A stretch of 64,000 nt of DNA, taken from assembly GCA_964016885.1 (NCBI GenBank), contig OZ024740.1, positions 344,472,001 through 344,536,000 on the forward strand, read 5' to 3'. This DNA is from Eledone cirrhosa. Taxonomy: Eukaryota. Position numbers and translations under genes: made by a program. The notes beneath the pieces were generated by a model, which made no database searches, was not told the DNA's origin, and was given only the letters and a program-made list of their open reading frames with translations. Shown here in pieces: positions 15,439 to 28,329 of the stretch (position 1 is the first letter of the stretch; each line of letters begins with the position of its first letter).

Positions 15439-18047
15439 CGCGTGTGTGAGTATGTGTGCATGAGTTTGTAAGTATACAAAGTGTGTTTGTGCTGTCTTCA
15501 CTGTCAAATCTATTTCATAAAAGGTTTACGATAGCCTTAATGTCACAATTTTAATGATAATATTGGTGACGATAACATACCTAGGTTGTTTGATAAAATA
15601 CATACGTTTCGTCTAACCCTAGCTTTAGAAACAATTGTTCTACTTTGAATTTGAGACTCGAGGTTTTTTATGTGTCTTCGGCTTTTTGGCTTCTAAACCT
15701 TTTCAAGTGTTTCTGTAATACAGTAACCTCCACGTTTTAAGATCCACATACCCATGAAGCTAATTCTTCATCGATACTGCACACTTCATTTAAAGCAGAT
15801 TCATGAGCGACTAAGAAGGGTAATTAATTTTATTAAATAGAACATTGTAGAAAAATTGAATCCTTTCAAACTCTCACAATAACATTTATAAACAGGTCTC
15901 TTCAGATTAGAGAAAAACAGTTGAGTGAAAATATATAATCCATTCTATATTTTTAATCAACTATCAAACTATTTGTTTGAACATTCAGTCAATGCTTAGA
16001 TTGAAGTTAATTTAATGTAATTACCTCTATTGTAACTCATGCTGGTATATGTTATTTAAAAGTCTCTATGGATTGTGTATGAAACAAATAAGAAATATTT
16101 TGAAAAACATACTTCCCTTTAAATCCCAGCTTTTTTATGTAAAGATCAAAACATAATTACGCTATGTTACACAATACCAGACTTATATATATAACGCAAT
16201 AAATATCCTGGTTATGTCTGTTATTGCTGCTGTTACTCTTATTATTTTTATTGTTTTCGCTTTCGTTGTATAGCTACAGTTCAATGTTGATCCAGAAGGC
16301 GTACGATTAAAAGGCTATTCAATCATGATCATTTCCTATTTTTGCCATGTGTAGCCACTTGTGGGTCCTCTCTCATTTAAGGTTTAGCTATTGATTCGAA
16401 CATATCAATTGAACAAGTATAAAAATCCCTTCACTTGTTGTCACTGCTATAAATTTTCTATACTAGGGTCACGTTATTTTAAATATATCAAAGATGGAAT
16501 AGAAAGTTGAAAATCAACCTTTACCAAACTGTAATATGATATACATATATGTTCGTTGAAATTCCAAATCTATCGACTGAGACTCGCAACATTATGGATC
16601 CAGTGTGTGTAACACAAAAACGAAAAGAGGTACATGCAAGTAGCTAGTTTACAGCACGTCAACCCGATGACAGCTATTGGATAGAATTATATCACAGGAT
16701 ATGCCAGTGACACATGCAGTGATACATGTCTTTCTCATATGCTTAACGTCATGGGAAATGCTATAAGCTTTTATTATGGCAACTTTAATGTATCAGAGAA
16801 AAAAAAAAGATAGGTTTCATATAATATTACTATTCATATATAAAGGAATTATATTTATAATTTGTATATCTATTATCTATTATGGTGGGAAAATGACAAT
16901 ATTTGATGGACAAAATTTGTCATTAAACTGGTAAATATATGTATTACTTTTTACGTATTGAATGAAATTCAATTCTCCGATTAGTTTTACGCAATACGTC
17001 ATTGTTAATCGGACATTTTAAATAAGAAGTAAATGTAAATTCATTATAACTAAAATTTGAAACAAAAAGCAATATCCAAGTTTCGACACACTTACATTAA
17101 AAAACTCAGTATAGTAGCACTCACCTTAAACTCAGTAAAATATCCCAAAATTGCAAAATATATATTTTTTACATAAGTGTAATATGCCTCTAATTAATCA
17201 ATCAGGTATTTGTTCTGAGGATAACTCAATATCCTACAATACAAGCTACCATTGAAGTAAGTCATGAGTCATAATTTCACCCCTTTCTTAACAAAATAGC
17301 TAGGCTCTTCTCTTGTGTTACTAAAATAGAAAAAAAAACAAAAACAAAAAAAAAAACGAGTGAAATAAGAATCAACTTAGTGTATGTTTTCCTTACGTGA
17401 AAGTTTTGAAATTTTTGAACTGGGAATATAATGCGATCACTAGATTATATCACTCGGAACGTAATACCCAGTTCAAAGGGGACTACATATTTAACAGAAT
17501 GTTAACACTAATATATGGATCTCGTACCATGTCAATTAGAGTTATATATAAAACTTAACATCGGATTGATTCAAAAAAGAAAATGAACGTACGTTACTAA
17601 GTTTTGATCCTATTACTATCTAACATTACTATCGCTCTATGGCTAAGGACATCGGGACACAAAGCTGAGACCGAAGGATATTTTTCATTACGTTACAATG
17701 CAAATGCATTCGCATAAGAAACCACAAAAGAAGCAGAATATTTGGAAGTTTTTGAAGAAACATTCACACTATTTCTAGCTGTCCAAAAATATAATATATC
17801 TTTGTGTATAGTAGAGATTTCTTATATTGGACTTTATGCTAGCATTATGTTATTTATAGAGAAAAGACATTGTAGAGATATACGTCGGAAATGGATTCAC
17901 GAAATGTCAACTTTGCTTTATTCCAATTTATATAGACAAGGAGATTAACGCAAATTGTCAAGTTGTTGTTGGCTAAACCTATATTGTGAGGTGATAAGGT
18001 ATCATTCGACCCATCTATCAGTCATAAAAGATGAATATATATATATA

Positions 18048-18206
18048 TAGGAGAAAGTATGACCCCGACGGCAGAGATCAAGCCGCCGAAACCACTTGAG
18101 CTCTGCCATCGGGGTCATACTTTCTCCTATTACCCACTCTACTACCCTAAGTATTGAGTACTCTGGTGCGTTATGGTCCATCTGGTTCCTTACCACAACT
18201 CGTTCG

Positions 18207-18210
<4 letters not shown>
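18048..18210 (+). mobile_element. Mini fold-back element, family B copy 2
   Basis: Arms 18048-18082/18095-18129 with spacer CCGCCGAAACCA; tail to 18210; in (TA)n. Confidence 0.8.
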
Positions 18211-18235
<25 letters not shown>

Positions 18236-18240
<5 letters not shown>

Positions 18241-18704
18241 AAAATATGGGGAGAAGAATACTGCATGGTTGCACATGGATAACATGTTATAAAATGAGTC
18301 CCTCATCAGTGATTTGCCAACGGTCATTGGTATTTCATTGCATTAAAAATCATATACCTCACGTTGGTGCAATAATAACTAAAATAAGTTATTAGGACAA
18401 TTAAAACGCGTAAAGCGAGTGAGACAAGTAAGCAACACAGGGGAAAGCTAACCGAAGATAGGAAGAAACACAAGCTACATAGTTATTCTATCAGTATAAG
18501 CTGGGTGAATATATGAGCGAGTAAGAAATAGACCTTTCGCGATGAATCCGATGCAAGAAAGAAGGAAAATCGTTTTCGCAGCGAACGGGGGAAGTGAGAA
18601 GGGGAGAAACAGTGAGTGAGTGAGTGGAAGTACGAGGAAGAGGTCAGTAGAGAGAAAGTGTTAACTGACATGACAGAGGGGACGAAAGAAAGTAAGAGAA
18701 ACAG

Positions 18705-18710
<6 letters not shown>
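18236..18710 (-). mobile_element. Probable PLE pLTR-like element, family C copy 1
   Basis: Reverse complement aligns loosely with 24540-25015 (e.g. GTTGG.A.ATCACTGATGA.GGACT, TGAAATACCAATGA); TA flanks. Confidence 0.55.
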
Positions 18711-18773
<63 letters not shown>

Positions 18774-18776
<3 letters not shown>

Positions 18777-19486
18777 TATCAAATGATTCTATGGACATAC
18801 TTTATATTATATTGCTCTGATTATTTAATTTATTAATTCTTCATTGAGCCACATCGTGAATGGTTGCCAAAACACATATATATCTGTGACTTTCTTTAGT
18901 TTGTGTATATGTAAATCTTTATATTTAATAATCTCCCATAAGGTGGAGATGCAATTTGGGCAATATTGGGCTGCGCTTTCTAGCAGCCAACCCACTCGCC
19001 GTAAGCAACCATTCACATTCTTTCTGACTTGACCACTGCCACGTCACAGTTCTTAGCCATTTTGAATTCGTGTTTGGCGGGGACCCCTTTAGAAAATAAT
19101 CTGTCCTAAAGAGTTTGTTTCCTGATGAGCTCGAAGCTCGAGATTTTATCCTTAATAGGATATATCAAAATGCGAACGAAACCCAAGGGTAGGGATATAA
19201 TCCTGGTATGTATAAGAGCATTTCTTCTAACTTTAATTTTATACCTAATAGTGTATGTTTGACCGTATATTTAATCGATTTCCACTTGCTGTTGAAATGT
19301 TGGGTAAATATTATATGGCGGCTGGCCGTGAAGAGATTGCTGTCGATTATTTATTTACTATTTCTTCATATGTGCCTTTTAATCTTATAGCCTGGTCTAA
19401 TTGATTTTTTGTGTGGTTAATTATGCTAATTGGGAGAGGAAATGGTGTATATATATTATCAAATGATTCTATGGACATACTTTATA
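18774..19486 (+). mobile_element. Solo PLE pseudo-LTR / retrozyme-like unit with 33-bp terminal direct repeats
   Basis: TATTATCAAATGATTCTATGGACATACTTTATA occurs at 18774-18806 and 19454-19486. (TA)n on both outer flanks. Internal hammerhead motif. Confidence 0.75.
19116..19197 (+). ncRNA. Type I hammerhead ribozyme motif
   Basis: Core CTGATGA 19122-19128. Stem II GCTCG/CGAAC with an internal TATCCT/AGGATA hairpin. GAAA 19178-19181. Stem III ACCC-AA-GGGT. GUA site 19189-19191. Stem I TGTTTC/GGGATA pairs with G-U wobbles. Confidence 0.75.
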
Positions 19487-19548
<62 letters not shown>

Positions 19549-19550
<2 letters not shown>

Positions 19551-20067
19551 TTTCTGAATTTGATTAGCAAGATTCTTTATCTGAAAACGTGTGTTGAAAC
19601 GGATATTGTTATACTTTGGGAGGGTCATGTTGCCAATAAGAAACACACGCACCATTTGCTTTCACTTCAATTTATTATAAATTTCCGGTTGGTTGGTTGG
19701 TTCCACAACCGATGGTTGTTCATATATTGTCAAGGTTCTTTCGTCACACATTATGTGACCTCTTCAGTGACTGGGGATTATTTACTTTTGTTTTGAGCCT
19801 CTCCTTTGTTTTGTCCTACGCCATCTTGTTTTTGTGTGTGTTGTGTGCTTAGTTTGCGCATGTGTTACATCAGGGTGTCTGTTTTTATTTGTTTATTTAT
19901 TTGTTTATTTACATGTTAGTAGTTAGATGTAAATAAACAAATAAATAAACAAATAAAAACACACACAGACCCCCGGATGTAACACATGCGCAAACTAAGC
20001 ACACAACACACAAAAACAAGATGGCGTAGGACAGTTTCTTATTTTTAACATCACCCTCCCAAAGTAT

Positions 20068-20075
<8 letters not shown>
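19549..20075 (-). mobile_element. Non-autonomous PLE pLTR fragment with fold-back, family A copy 1
   Basis: Inverted arms 19812-19914/19927-20033 and 19603-19631/20047-20075. Hammerhead motif present. Flanked by (TA)n. Homologous to 21255-21595. Confidence 0.8.
19729..19771 (-). ncRNA. Minimal type I hammerhead motif (cleavage triplet mutated)
   Basis: Minus strand reads GTCA-CTGAAGA-G-GTCACA-TAATG-TGTGAC-GAAA-GAAC-CT-TGAC. Confidence 0.65.
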
Positions 20076-20159
<84 letters not shown>

Positions 20160-20419
20160 AATGAAGAAATTATTCAATATCAAAACGTAGAGATAGAGAT
20201 GACCAAAGTTCTAATTCAAAAGAATATGATAATAATTTAAGGTTACGCCAGCAATTTATATTGAAATGTTAAAAATAAAAATATACTGTATAGTTAGCCA
20301 GTTGAATGTAGATTGGTTTTCTATATCTAAGTTCTAAGTCCAAACATTTCACGCGGAAAAACATAATATTGATCGTTCCAGGTTCGATAGATATTAATAA
20401 ACAAATTGGGATATTTGGA

Positions 20420-20810
20420 TTTAATCAGGTGATGAAACTTGTCCTACAAACACGTTGTAGTTCCATGAGTGCTCCCTCTATACTTCCAAGGAAATATATC
20501 TATTTGCTAATTATTGTAACAAGGTTTAAAGCGAGATTCAGCAAATGTTTTCAATTTCCTAATGTAAATTCATCTCATATCACAAGCGTTATGAGGAATC
20601 TTACACAATAATAATCTTGAAATTTACTTCGACTCATACCTATGTATCTAAATCTTTATAATATTTTTTATTATATTCATGAAATACTTAGATATGAAAT
20701 TCTTAGATAGGAAAAATATGCCATAAATGTGTCAGCTCTCAAGTTATACGCTTAGGGTTGATTCATATGTCAGTGACTAGAACATTATATTCCTTGCGAA
20801 CATAAAGAGC
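20420..20810 (+). mobile_element. Possible highly decayed GIY-YIG (Poseidon-like PLE) fragment
   Basis: Scattered motifs FKARF..., SSHI, C(Q)L and PCEHK, in the order expected for the Poseidon endonuclease C-terminus. Confidence 0.3.
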
Positions 20811-21095
20811 CAGCACAGAAAAAGATAAATATATGTATCTACTGATTTATGGATTAGTAATAATCACTATATAGATTGATATCAGCTGACAACACGGCCG
20901 ATGCCCTATGTATTCAATCCGGCTTAATAAACTTATCTTTATCCATTTATATGCACTTTTTCGTACATCGTCGACGACTCATTTTTTATGAATCTTAGTT
21001 AGTAGAATTGGTGTTACATATTAAGTATTCTCACAGATCCACACACACACCAACACACACATGTACATACATACATACATACATACATACATACA

Positions 21096-21188
<93 letters not shown>

Positions 21189-21254
21189 ATATATGTGTGT
21201 GTGGATCTGTGAGAATACTTAAATATGTAACACCAATATATATATATATATATT

Positions 21255-21587
21255 TCGTTTCTGAATTTGTTTAGCAAGATTCTTTATCTGAAAACGTGTG
21301 TTGAAACCGATATTGTTATACTTTGGGAGGGTCGTGTTGCCAATAACAAACACACGCACCAATAGCTTTTACTTCAATTTATTATAAATTAAATTTATAA
21401 ATTTCTGAATTCATAAATTTCCGGTTAGTTGGTTGGTGCCACAACCAGACGATTGGTCATATATTGTCAAAGTTCTTTCGTCACACATTATGTCACCTCT
21501 TCAGTGACTGGAGATTCTTTTCTTTGTTTTTGTGCCTCTCCTTGTTCTGTCTTACGCCATCTTGTTTTTGTGTGTCTGCCAAAGTAT

Positions 21588-21595
<8 letters not shown>
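21255..21595 (-). mobile_element. Non-autonomous PLE pLTR fragment, family A copy 2
   Basis: Aligns to 19549-19840. Ends in CCAAAGTATAACAATAT like copy 1. Flanked by (TA)n. Confidence 0.8.
21466..21508 (-). ncRNA. Minimal type I hammerhead motif
   Basis: Minus strand reads GTCA-CTGAAGA-G-GTGACA-TAATG-TGTGAC-GAAA-G-AA-CTT-TGAC: CUU triplet, 4-bp stem I, one mismatch in stem II. Confidence 0.7.
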
Positions 21596-21627
<32 letters not shown>

Positions 21628-21629
21628 GA

Positions 21630-21790
21630 ATATATAGCTTTCACAGTATTTTTGACTAAAGAAATTTTAGCCTGATAATGGGGTTTAGAACCCTCAGATA
21701 AATGGAAAAAGATGGGTATTGACGTACATGGGAGTCGAACCCACATGTTTGGTTATCGGGACGACTGCGCTACCATTACACTAACACATA
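21630..21790 (-). mobile_element. tRNA-derived SINE (family S2)
   Basis: A box TAGTGTAATGG, B box GGTTCGACTCC. Body shared with 57105-57250. Confidence 0.75.
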
Positions 21791-22390
21791 TAGTCGTCCT
21801 AATGGTCATCTCTAATAGTTTTTAAATTCTCTTCGACATATTTTATTGTTGAAAAATACTGTAATTAAACAAGAACAACAACAATAATAATAATAATAAT
21901 AAATTAATAGAATATACGCTGAACTAGTTTGTAAAATGAAATATATATGTAAAGAAAAAGAAGGAAATATAATTTTATATACATCTAAATATTGCTAAAA
22001 CATTACAAAAAACAACTTTTTAAATAAAGATTAGAAACAGGTTGCTTAAATTGTTGTTGCAGCCAATGAAATTGATAAACGAGAGCCGTACTATGATATT
22101 TGGTTATTCAGCGAATATACGATTTAATATGATTCACGTGGAAGGATCATGGTTAATCATCAACAAGACAAAGATAAATAATGCAAAACTACAGCAGAAT
22201 AAGTAGCAGTATGTATGACTAGCTGTAACAAAAGATGCCTACTTAAATTGATATCCGCACATTCACAAACATGCAAATAAACATGACTATAATCACACAA
22301 ATTTATATATTTTTTATTTTAATTTGTGTGTGTGTAATGAATATTTAAACTAAAACACAGCTTATATTAGAAGGTTTAAAGAGAAAATAA

Positions 22391-22578
22391 TTGTTTCTAC
22401 ATTTGGCACAAGGCCAGCAATTACCCAGTGTATTACTGGTACTTTATTTTATCGCGCCCGTAAGGATGAAAGGCAAAGTTAACCTCGGCGGGATTTGAAC
22501 TCAGAATGGTAAGGGCCGTAACTCTATTCGTCAAAGCATGGCGTCCGACCCTCTACCGATACTGCCAATCCACCGCCC
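22391..22578 (-). mobile_element. tRNA-derived SINE (family S1) with 16-bp TSD
   Basis: A box TGGCAGTATCGG, B box GAGTTCAAATCC. TSD TTTAAAGAGAAAATAA at 22375-22390 and 22579-22594. Confidence 0.92.
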
Positions 22579-23426
22579 TTTAAAGAGAAAATAATAATAA
22601 TTTACCAGGTTTTCTATTAGAAACCTTCATTCTAATGAGAATAACATGTAAACACGTTTTATTACTGCTCTCTACACAGAAGAACTGAAGTGATTACGCT
22701 TTTGTATTTCTAAGATATTTTTTATTCACATCGTCATATATATATGTTTATGAATCTGTATACTAAGGAGTGGTACTATAGCAACGCCACAGATGTCAAG
22801 CAGGGTGTAGAATATAACCGCAATAGTCATTATAATTAGTATGAAGCCCATACCTTTAGCATTGTGATTGATTATGTAAAGAAACTATTTATGTTAGAAC
22901 AGAGATTATATTAGAGTATGTAAGTTGAATATAATGTAGAAAATTATAGTCATTTATTTAATTAGATGCCTTCGTTTTGAAAAGAATGTAATAAAAAAAA
23001 TCTCCTATATTTCTATATACATAGGAAAACATGAGATATTAACTTTACACATTTCGGTATTTTTTCTCTCTGCTGGATAAGACAACAAACCATATGATTC
23101 TCTATACAAAAGACGTTTGCGTTTATAATGCAAAATGTCCAAATTCGGCTATATTAACCATTTAATTACATATTAAAACAACGGTGTATTTCCTCGAATA
23201 CATCATACATGTAACAGAATTTTACTTGTAACACTGGTTTGTTTTTCATCTCTTTATTATACTGTATTTCTACTTTATTCATCTTTTTAATTGACACTAA
23301 TATTTCTTTCAGTTCCTTTCACAAAATCTTAAAAACAGAGTATAGAAATCACAGAAAAGTAATTATTTGTTCTGCACAAGGCATGGAATCATACTGTATA
23401 ATTTTAATTTTGATTTTAAACGCACT

Positions 23427-23484
<58 letters not shown>

Positions 23485-23601
23485 AATATATATATAAGAA
23501 GTTAATATCCCCACAGGTACTAAGTACCCCTGGAAATATATAGGGTGTCTATGATACAGTGGTTGTTCTATGGTATTAATTTGACATACCAGAACTACAA
23601 A

Positions 23602-23997
23602 AATTGAGATAAGCGGAGCAAGCAAGATTCAAACAATTTTTTTAAATAAATTAAAAAATATAATTTAAATATTTACCTATTCCAATTGCTTTTACCGACG
23701 GTTTCACTTCACAAAAGATTGGAGATCCCTAGGGACTTCCAATGGAAAAGTTTAGATCATCAGAGAACATTTTCCTTTCCTATCGATCCTGTGCTAGATG
23801 GCAGATGGCAGATGTCCTAGGAAAGGAAAATGCTCTCTGATGATCTCTACTTTTCCATTGGAAGTCTCTAGGGATCTCCAATATTTTGTGAAGTGAAACC
23901 GTCGGTAAAAGCAATTGGAATAGGTAAATATTTAAATTATATTTTTTAATTTATTTAAAACATTTTTTGGAATCTAGCTTGCTTCGCTTATCTCAAT

Positions 23998-23998
<1 letters not shown>
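23602..23998. mobile_element. Fold-back PLE pLTR pair (~180-bp inverted arms), each arm with a hammerhead-like motif
   Basis: 23602-23782 is the reverse complement of 23818-23998. Right arm has CTGATGA 23837-23843, GAAA 23895-23898, ACCG-T-CGGT stem III and GUA 23905-23907. The whole unit (~23495-24000) lies between TA runs. Confidence 0.8.
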
Positions 23999-24065
<67 letters not shown>

Positions 24066-24539
24066 CGTGTGTCTGTGAGTGTATGTGTGTGTGTGTGTAT
24101 CTGTGCGTGTATGTATGTGAGTATGTGTGTGTGTGTGTATGTGTGTGTACAAGTGCCTTTACAAACGAAATAAAAAGGCAGTCAACTCATAATGTGGAAG
24201 CTGAAAAGTTTAGTATTAGTAGTTGATTTCTACGTGCAGTGGTTTCCTAAAGATAAACATATTTAACGTATCAAATGCGTTCCACATAATTATACCCTTT
24301 TCCTAAATGAAAGCGCTGGCAATGCACGGATATCTGAAACGGCTGGATTATTAGAGTGACAGGGTGAACACCAAGGAAGTGGAGAAGCAACAGAGGGTGG
24401 TCAAAGCCCAGATTGTGTGATGTCGGGCCAGATATCTCGGTCCCACTAGGCCCAATAGGGCAAGATAAAGGATGTGGTGGTGGCAACTTGCAACAGGAGT
24501 TAGTCCCTGGATTTTGGATATATACATATATATATATAT

Positions 24540-25015
24540 ATCACCCAACACGCCATCTTTTCATATTTTTCATATATATATTTTCCTCCGCTGTGACCCA
24601 TCTATTTCTTACTTACTGCTTCCCCTTTTCTCTGTATCTCTCACTTCCTTTTACCACCTCTACCAGTCACTCTCTCTGTTAGCCTCTTCTTCACTCACTC
24701 TCTGCTTCCTCCCGTTTGACCTGTGCGAAATTCTTTCCTCACTCACACTTCGACAAGGTCGGATGGTATTTATTCTCTCTCGTCTACGATTTCACAGAAC
24801 TTATGTTCATCGATTTCAGGGACTTGACTCCTTCTTCCTCACTTTTCGTTGTATTACCATCTTTGTTTGTTTACTGTCTCGCTCGTTCCCCCTATTTACG
24901 TGTCCCAACGACTTTCTTTAGCCGTTGCTCACACCAACCAGAGGTATATGGTCTTTGAAGCGATGAAATACCAATGAAGGTTGGAAGATCACTGATGAAG
25001 GACTAAATTTATTCA
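24540..25015 (+). mobile_element. Probable PLE pLTR-like element, family C copy 2
   Basis: Diverged homologue of 18236-18710; TA flanks. Confidence 0.55.
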
Positions 25016-25351
25016 TATATATATATATATATAAGTAAAAATTAGCGAGAATCGAATTTCAGCCCATGAATTAACGAGAATCACTTTCGAGTTGTGAGGC
25101 AAGCGCTCTATAATTCATATGAATTAGAGCTTAAAACTTACGTTAAAGGCCAAACACACTGAGATGGTGGTTAAACTAATCATCCACACAGCGAAGATTC
25201 GATCTCCTATTTCGCGTCAAACAGATATACAGATATAAAAATATATAAAAATATAAATGATATATATATAAATATATACAAATATATATATATATACACA
25301 ATTACACAACTCGCACACACACATACACACACACACACACACACACCCACC

Positions 25352-25390
<39 letters not shown>

Positions 25391-25826
25391 TCCTTTATTA
25401 TGTTACAATTTTCAGCCACTAGACCGGGCTCACGTGACAAACAAACACACAGAGTCACATTCATACATACATTCATATATACGTACATACATACAGAGAA
25501 AAATAGATGGGGGTGGACATAGAAGCGGGGTGAAGATTGAGATAGGTGGATAGATGGATGGGATTTAAATAGATAACGAAACAGTTGTACAGGTATATAG
25601 AAGGCAGTGATATACTTACTTTAGTTACATTGATATCAGTAATGTTCGATATATCTTGAAATACAAGAAAATAAATATTATAAAGAGCCGAGCAGATAAA
25701 TAATCAAGCATAAAGATAATTTCGGCGAATAAAAATTCCATTTCTCATAGTCAATTTAAATTCCGCATAAACACGCACATCGATAACAAATGTATAATTC
25801 TCATGCTATCTTGTAGAAATATACGT

Positions 25827-25901
<75 letters not shown>

Positions 25902-28329
25902 TACATATATACATGCATACATATCTACATACATGTATACATACATACATACATACTTACAAACGAACAAACATACCTACATGCATACATATATCCATAC
26001 ACACATATATATATATATACATTCATAATAAATGCACTCACAAATACATACATATATAAATACACGCGTTCATACATACATACATATATACATACACACG
26101 TACATATATACATACCCATATGCATACATACATACATAATAATACACTCACACATACATACATATATAAATGCATGCGTTCATACATACATGCATACACT
26201 CATACATTTATACATGCCCATATACATACAAACATACATATATACATACAATTATACATATATATATACATACGTACCCGCATGCATACATACATAAATG
26301 CATATATAGACGTATGCACACTTACTTATATGCGTAATATATACGCAATTTCATTTGCCATTATGTGCCCGTGTATGTTTGTGTATGTATCAGTTTGTGT
26401 GTATGACTCAACTTACTGATTTTTGCATACTTATTCAAATTATGTTCCGTTTCATCCTCAATTTTTATCTCTTTAATATACACTTTACCTATGTTGTTTC
26501 TACTTTATTGTGCGTAATTATTATGAGCCAATTAGACTACATGAAATTCACATTACAATTGGTAAATTTATTAAATCTTTTATACGCATATTTGGTAATG
26601 GAGTAAAAAGGTGTATATATGTATATCGATGTTTCATTACTTTATTGCCTGTAGTTTCGTGTTGTTCGGATATGCGCCAGGCAATACATAATGCGTGCAA
26701 CTCTTCGCAACACACTATAATTCAAGTTGGCATTGGTCAAATGGCAGATACTCGGTGGAATATGTTGTAAATTAAGAACTATCCTACTGATAGTCATCAA
26801 TGTATAACAACATAGTGAAACTCATTAGCTGTAGATTTGATTTAATAAGCCTTAGAAAGTATCATGAGAAATTACACGGATTCTTCCAGAACAATTTCAA
26901 AAGTCATCATATTATCCTCTTTACTCCTTTATTACAAGGAAATGGGAAAAGTGACATCATTGTCAAAATGTATCTGGAAACTCAGATATTTCATCTAAAT
27001 ACCTCTAACTGAGGGTTTCTACCTAAAGCCTCGAGACACCTAAAAGTCCTAGGTTTATTGAATTAAATTTATAACCAGTAAAATATAAAATGAACAAAGG
27101 ATATATTAATGATTAATGTCATAAATCTATATAAATGGTATAGGGGCCATGGAGTAAAGGAAGTATGGAAAACACTTTTTATTAATTTCAATTATTCTCA
27201 TATTTAGAGAAGGGAGGCAATTGTTAAGGACCACGAATGAAAATTGAATATCGTAAGAAAGTACGAATTAACTCAAAGTTAATTTACATGCTCGGTTGAT
27301 ATTAAGTCTAATTGTCTAATATTTTTTGAGTATTACTTTCTGCACATGACCATTTAACTCATTCATATAATATTATTCATTGACCAATTTTAGTTTCTCA
27401 TTAGTAAGTTATTTTCTGTATGTAAAAATCTTTTTTTGCCTTATCATGCAGGATTCAGTATACTAAACTATGTCGATGAAGACGACGAAACCGAAAAATA
27501 CTCGCAGTTTAACCTTGCCTACGAACACAACCAAATTTTATTTCACTTAAATATGCAAATTTACTTTGTGCAAATAATTCTAATTTCTTTGAATAAACGT
27601 CCACATTTTACTGAGAGTAACTAACAAGCATTTGGTTTTCCCCCGCTTATTTATCTTCAATTGAGAAGAACATTTGAATTAATAAATAATTGTTTGCGTA
27701 TGGCATTCAGTATATTACCATTTTATCTTACATACTTATTAGATTTACAGAACACACAAAATAGTTGCTTCTATTTTTTTACCGTTTATTTGAATTAGGA
27801 AACACAGCGCTTTTATTTTAACACTTTTATTTATTCTGGATGCTCTGAAACTAAATTTAAAGAAGAAGCTCCCTTCGAACGGAAATCTGATGGGATAGCT
27901 TGCAACAAATTGAATCCCTCTAAAAACACACCAAGAACCAGCTCATTATGGTAAACCAAGTGTCGGGTTGAATTTAACACCCAATAATTCATAAATCAAA
28001 GAACCGTAACAAATACCACAGGGAATCTCGCATGAAATAAGTCTGCTCTAGGAAGGTAATTTGTTTTATGGACTCCCAAAAATGTAAGGCAAAATCATCA
28101 TTAACTCACTGTGAAAACAGATACAACAAATACCGAAAGGCATATTATTCTAGTTTTGACAATTATAACAGAAAGTCAGGATTGGGTTGTTTTCCCAGAC
28201 TATAGTAGTCCAGCCAGCAAAACATTTGATCTGTAATATATTTTACAGCGTCAGTAGTATTTAATAATGTCACCCAGCCTGCTTATTGTCTTGCAAATGC
28301 AATCGAATTAATCATATAGAGACTATCTG

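Noticed and set aside
21720-21790. tRNA gene
   Set aside because: A/B boxes are present but there is no acceptor stem, and the body is shared with another copy, so it is a SINE head.
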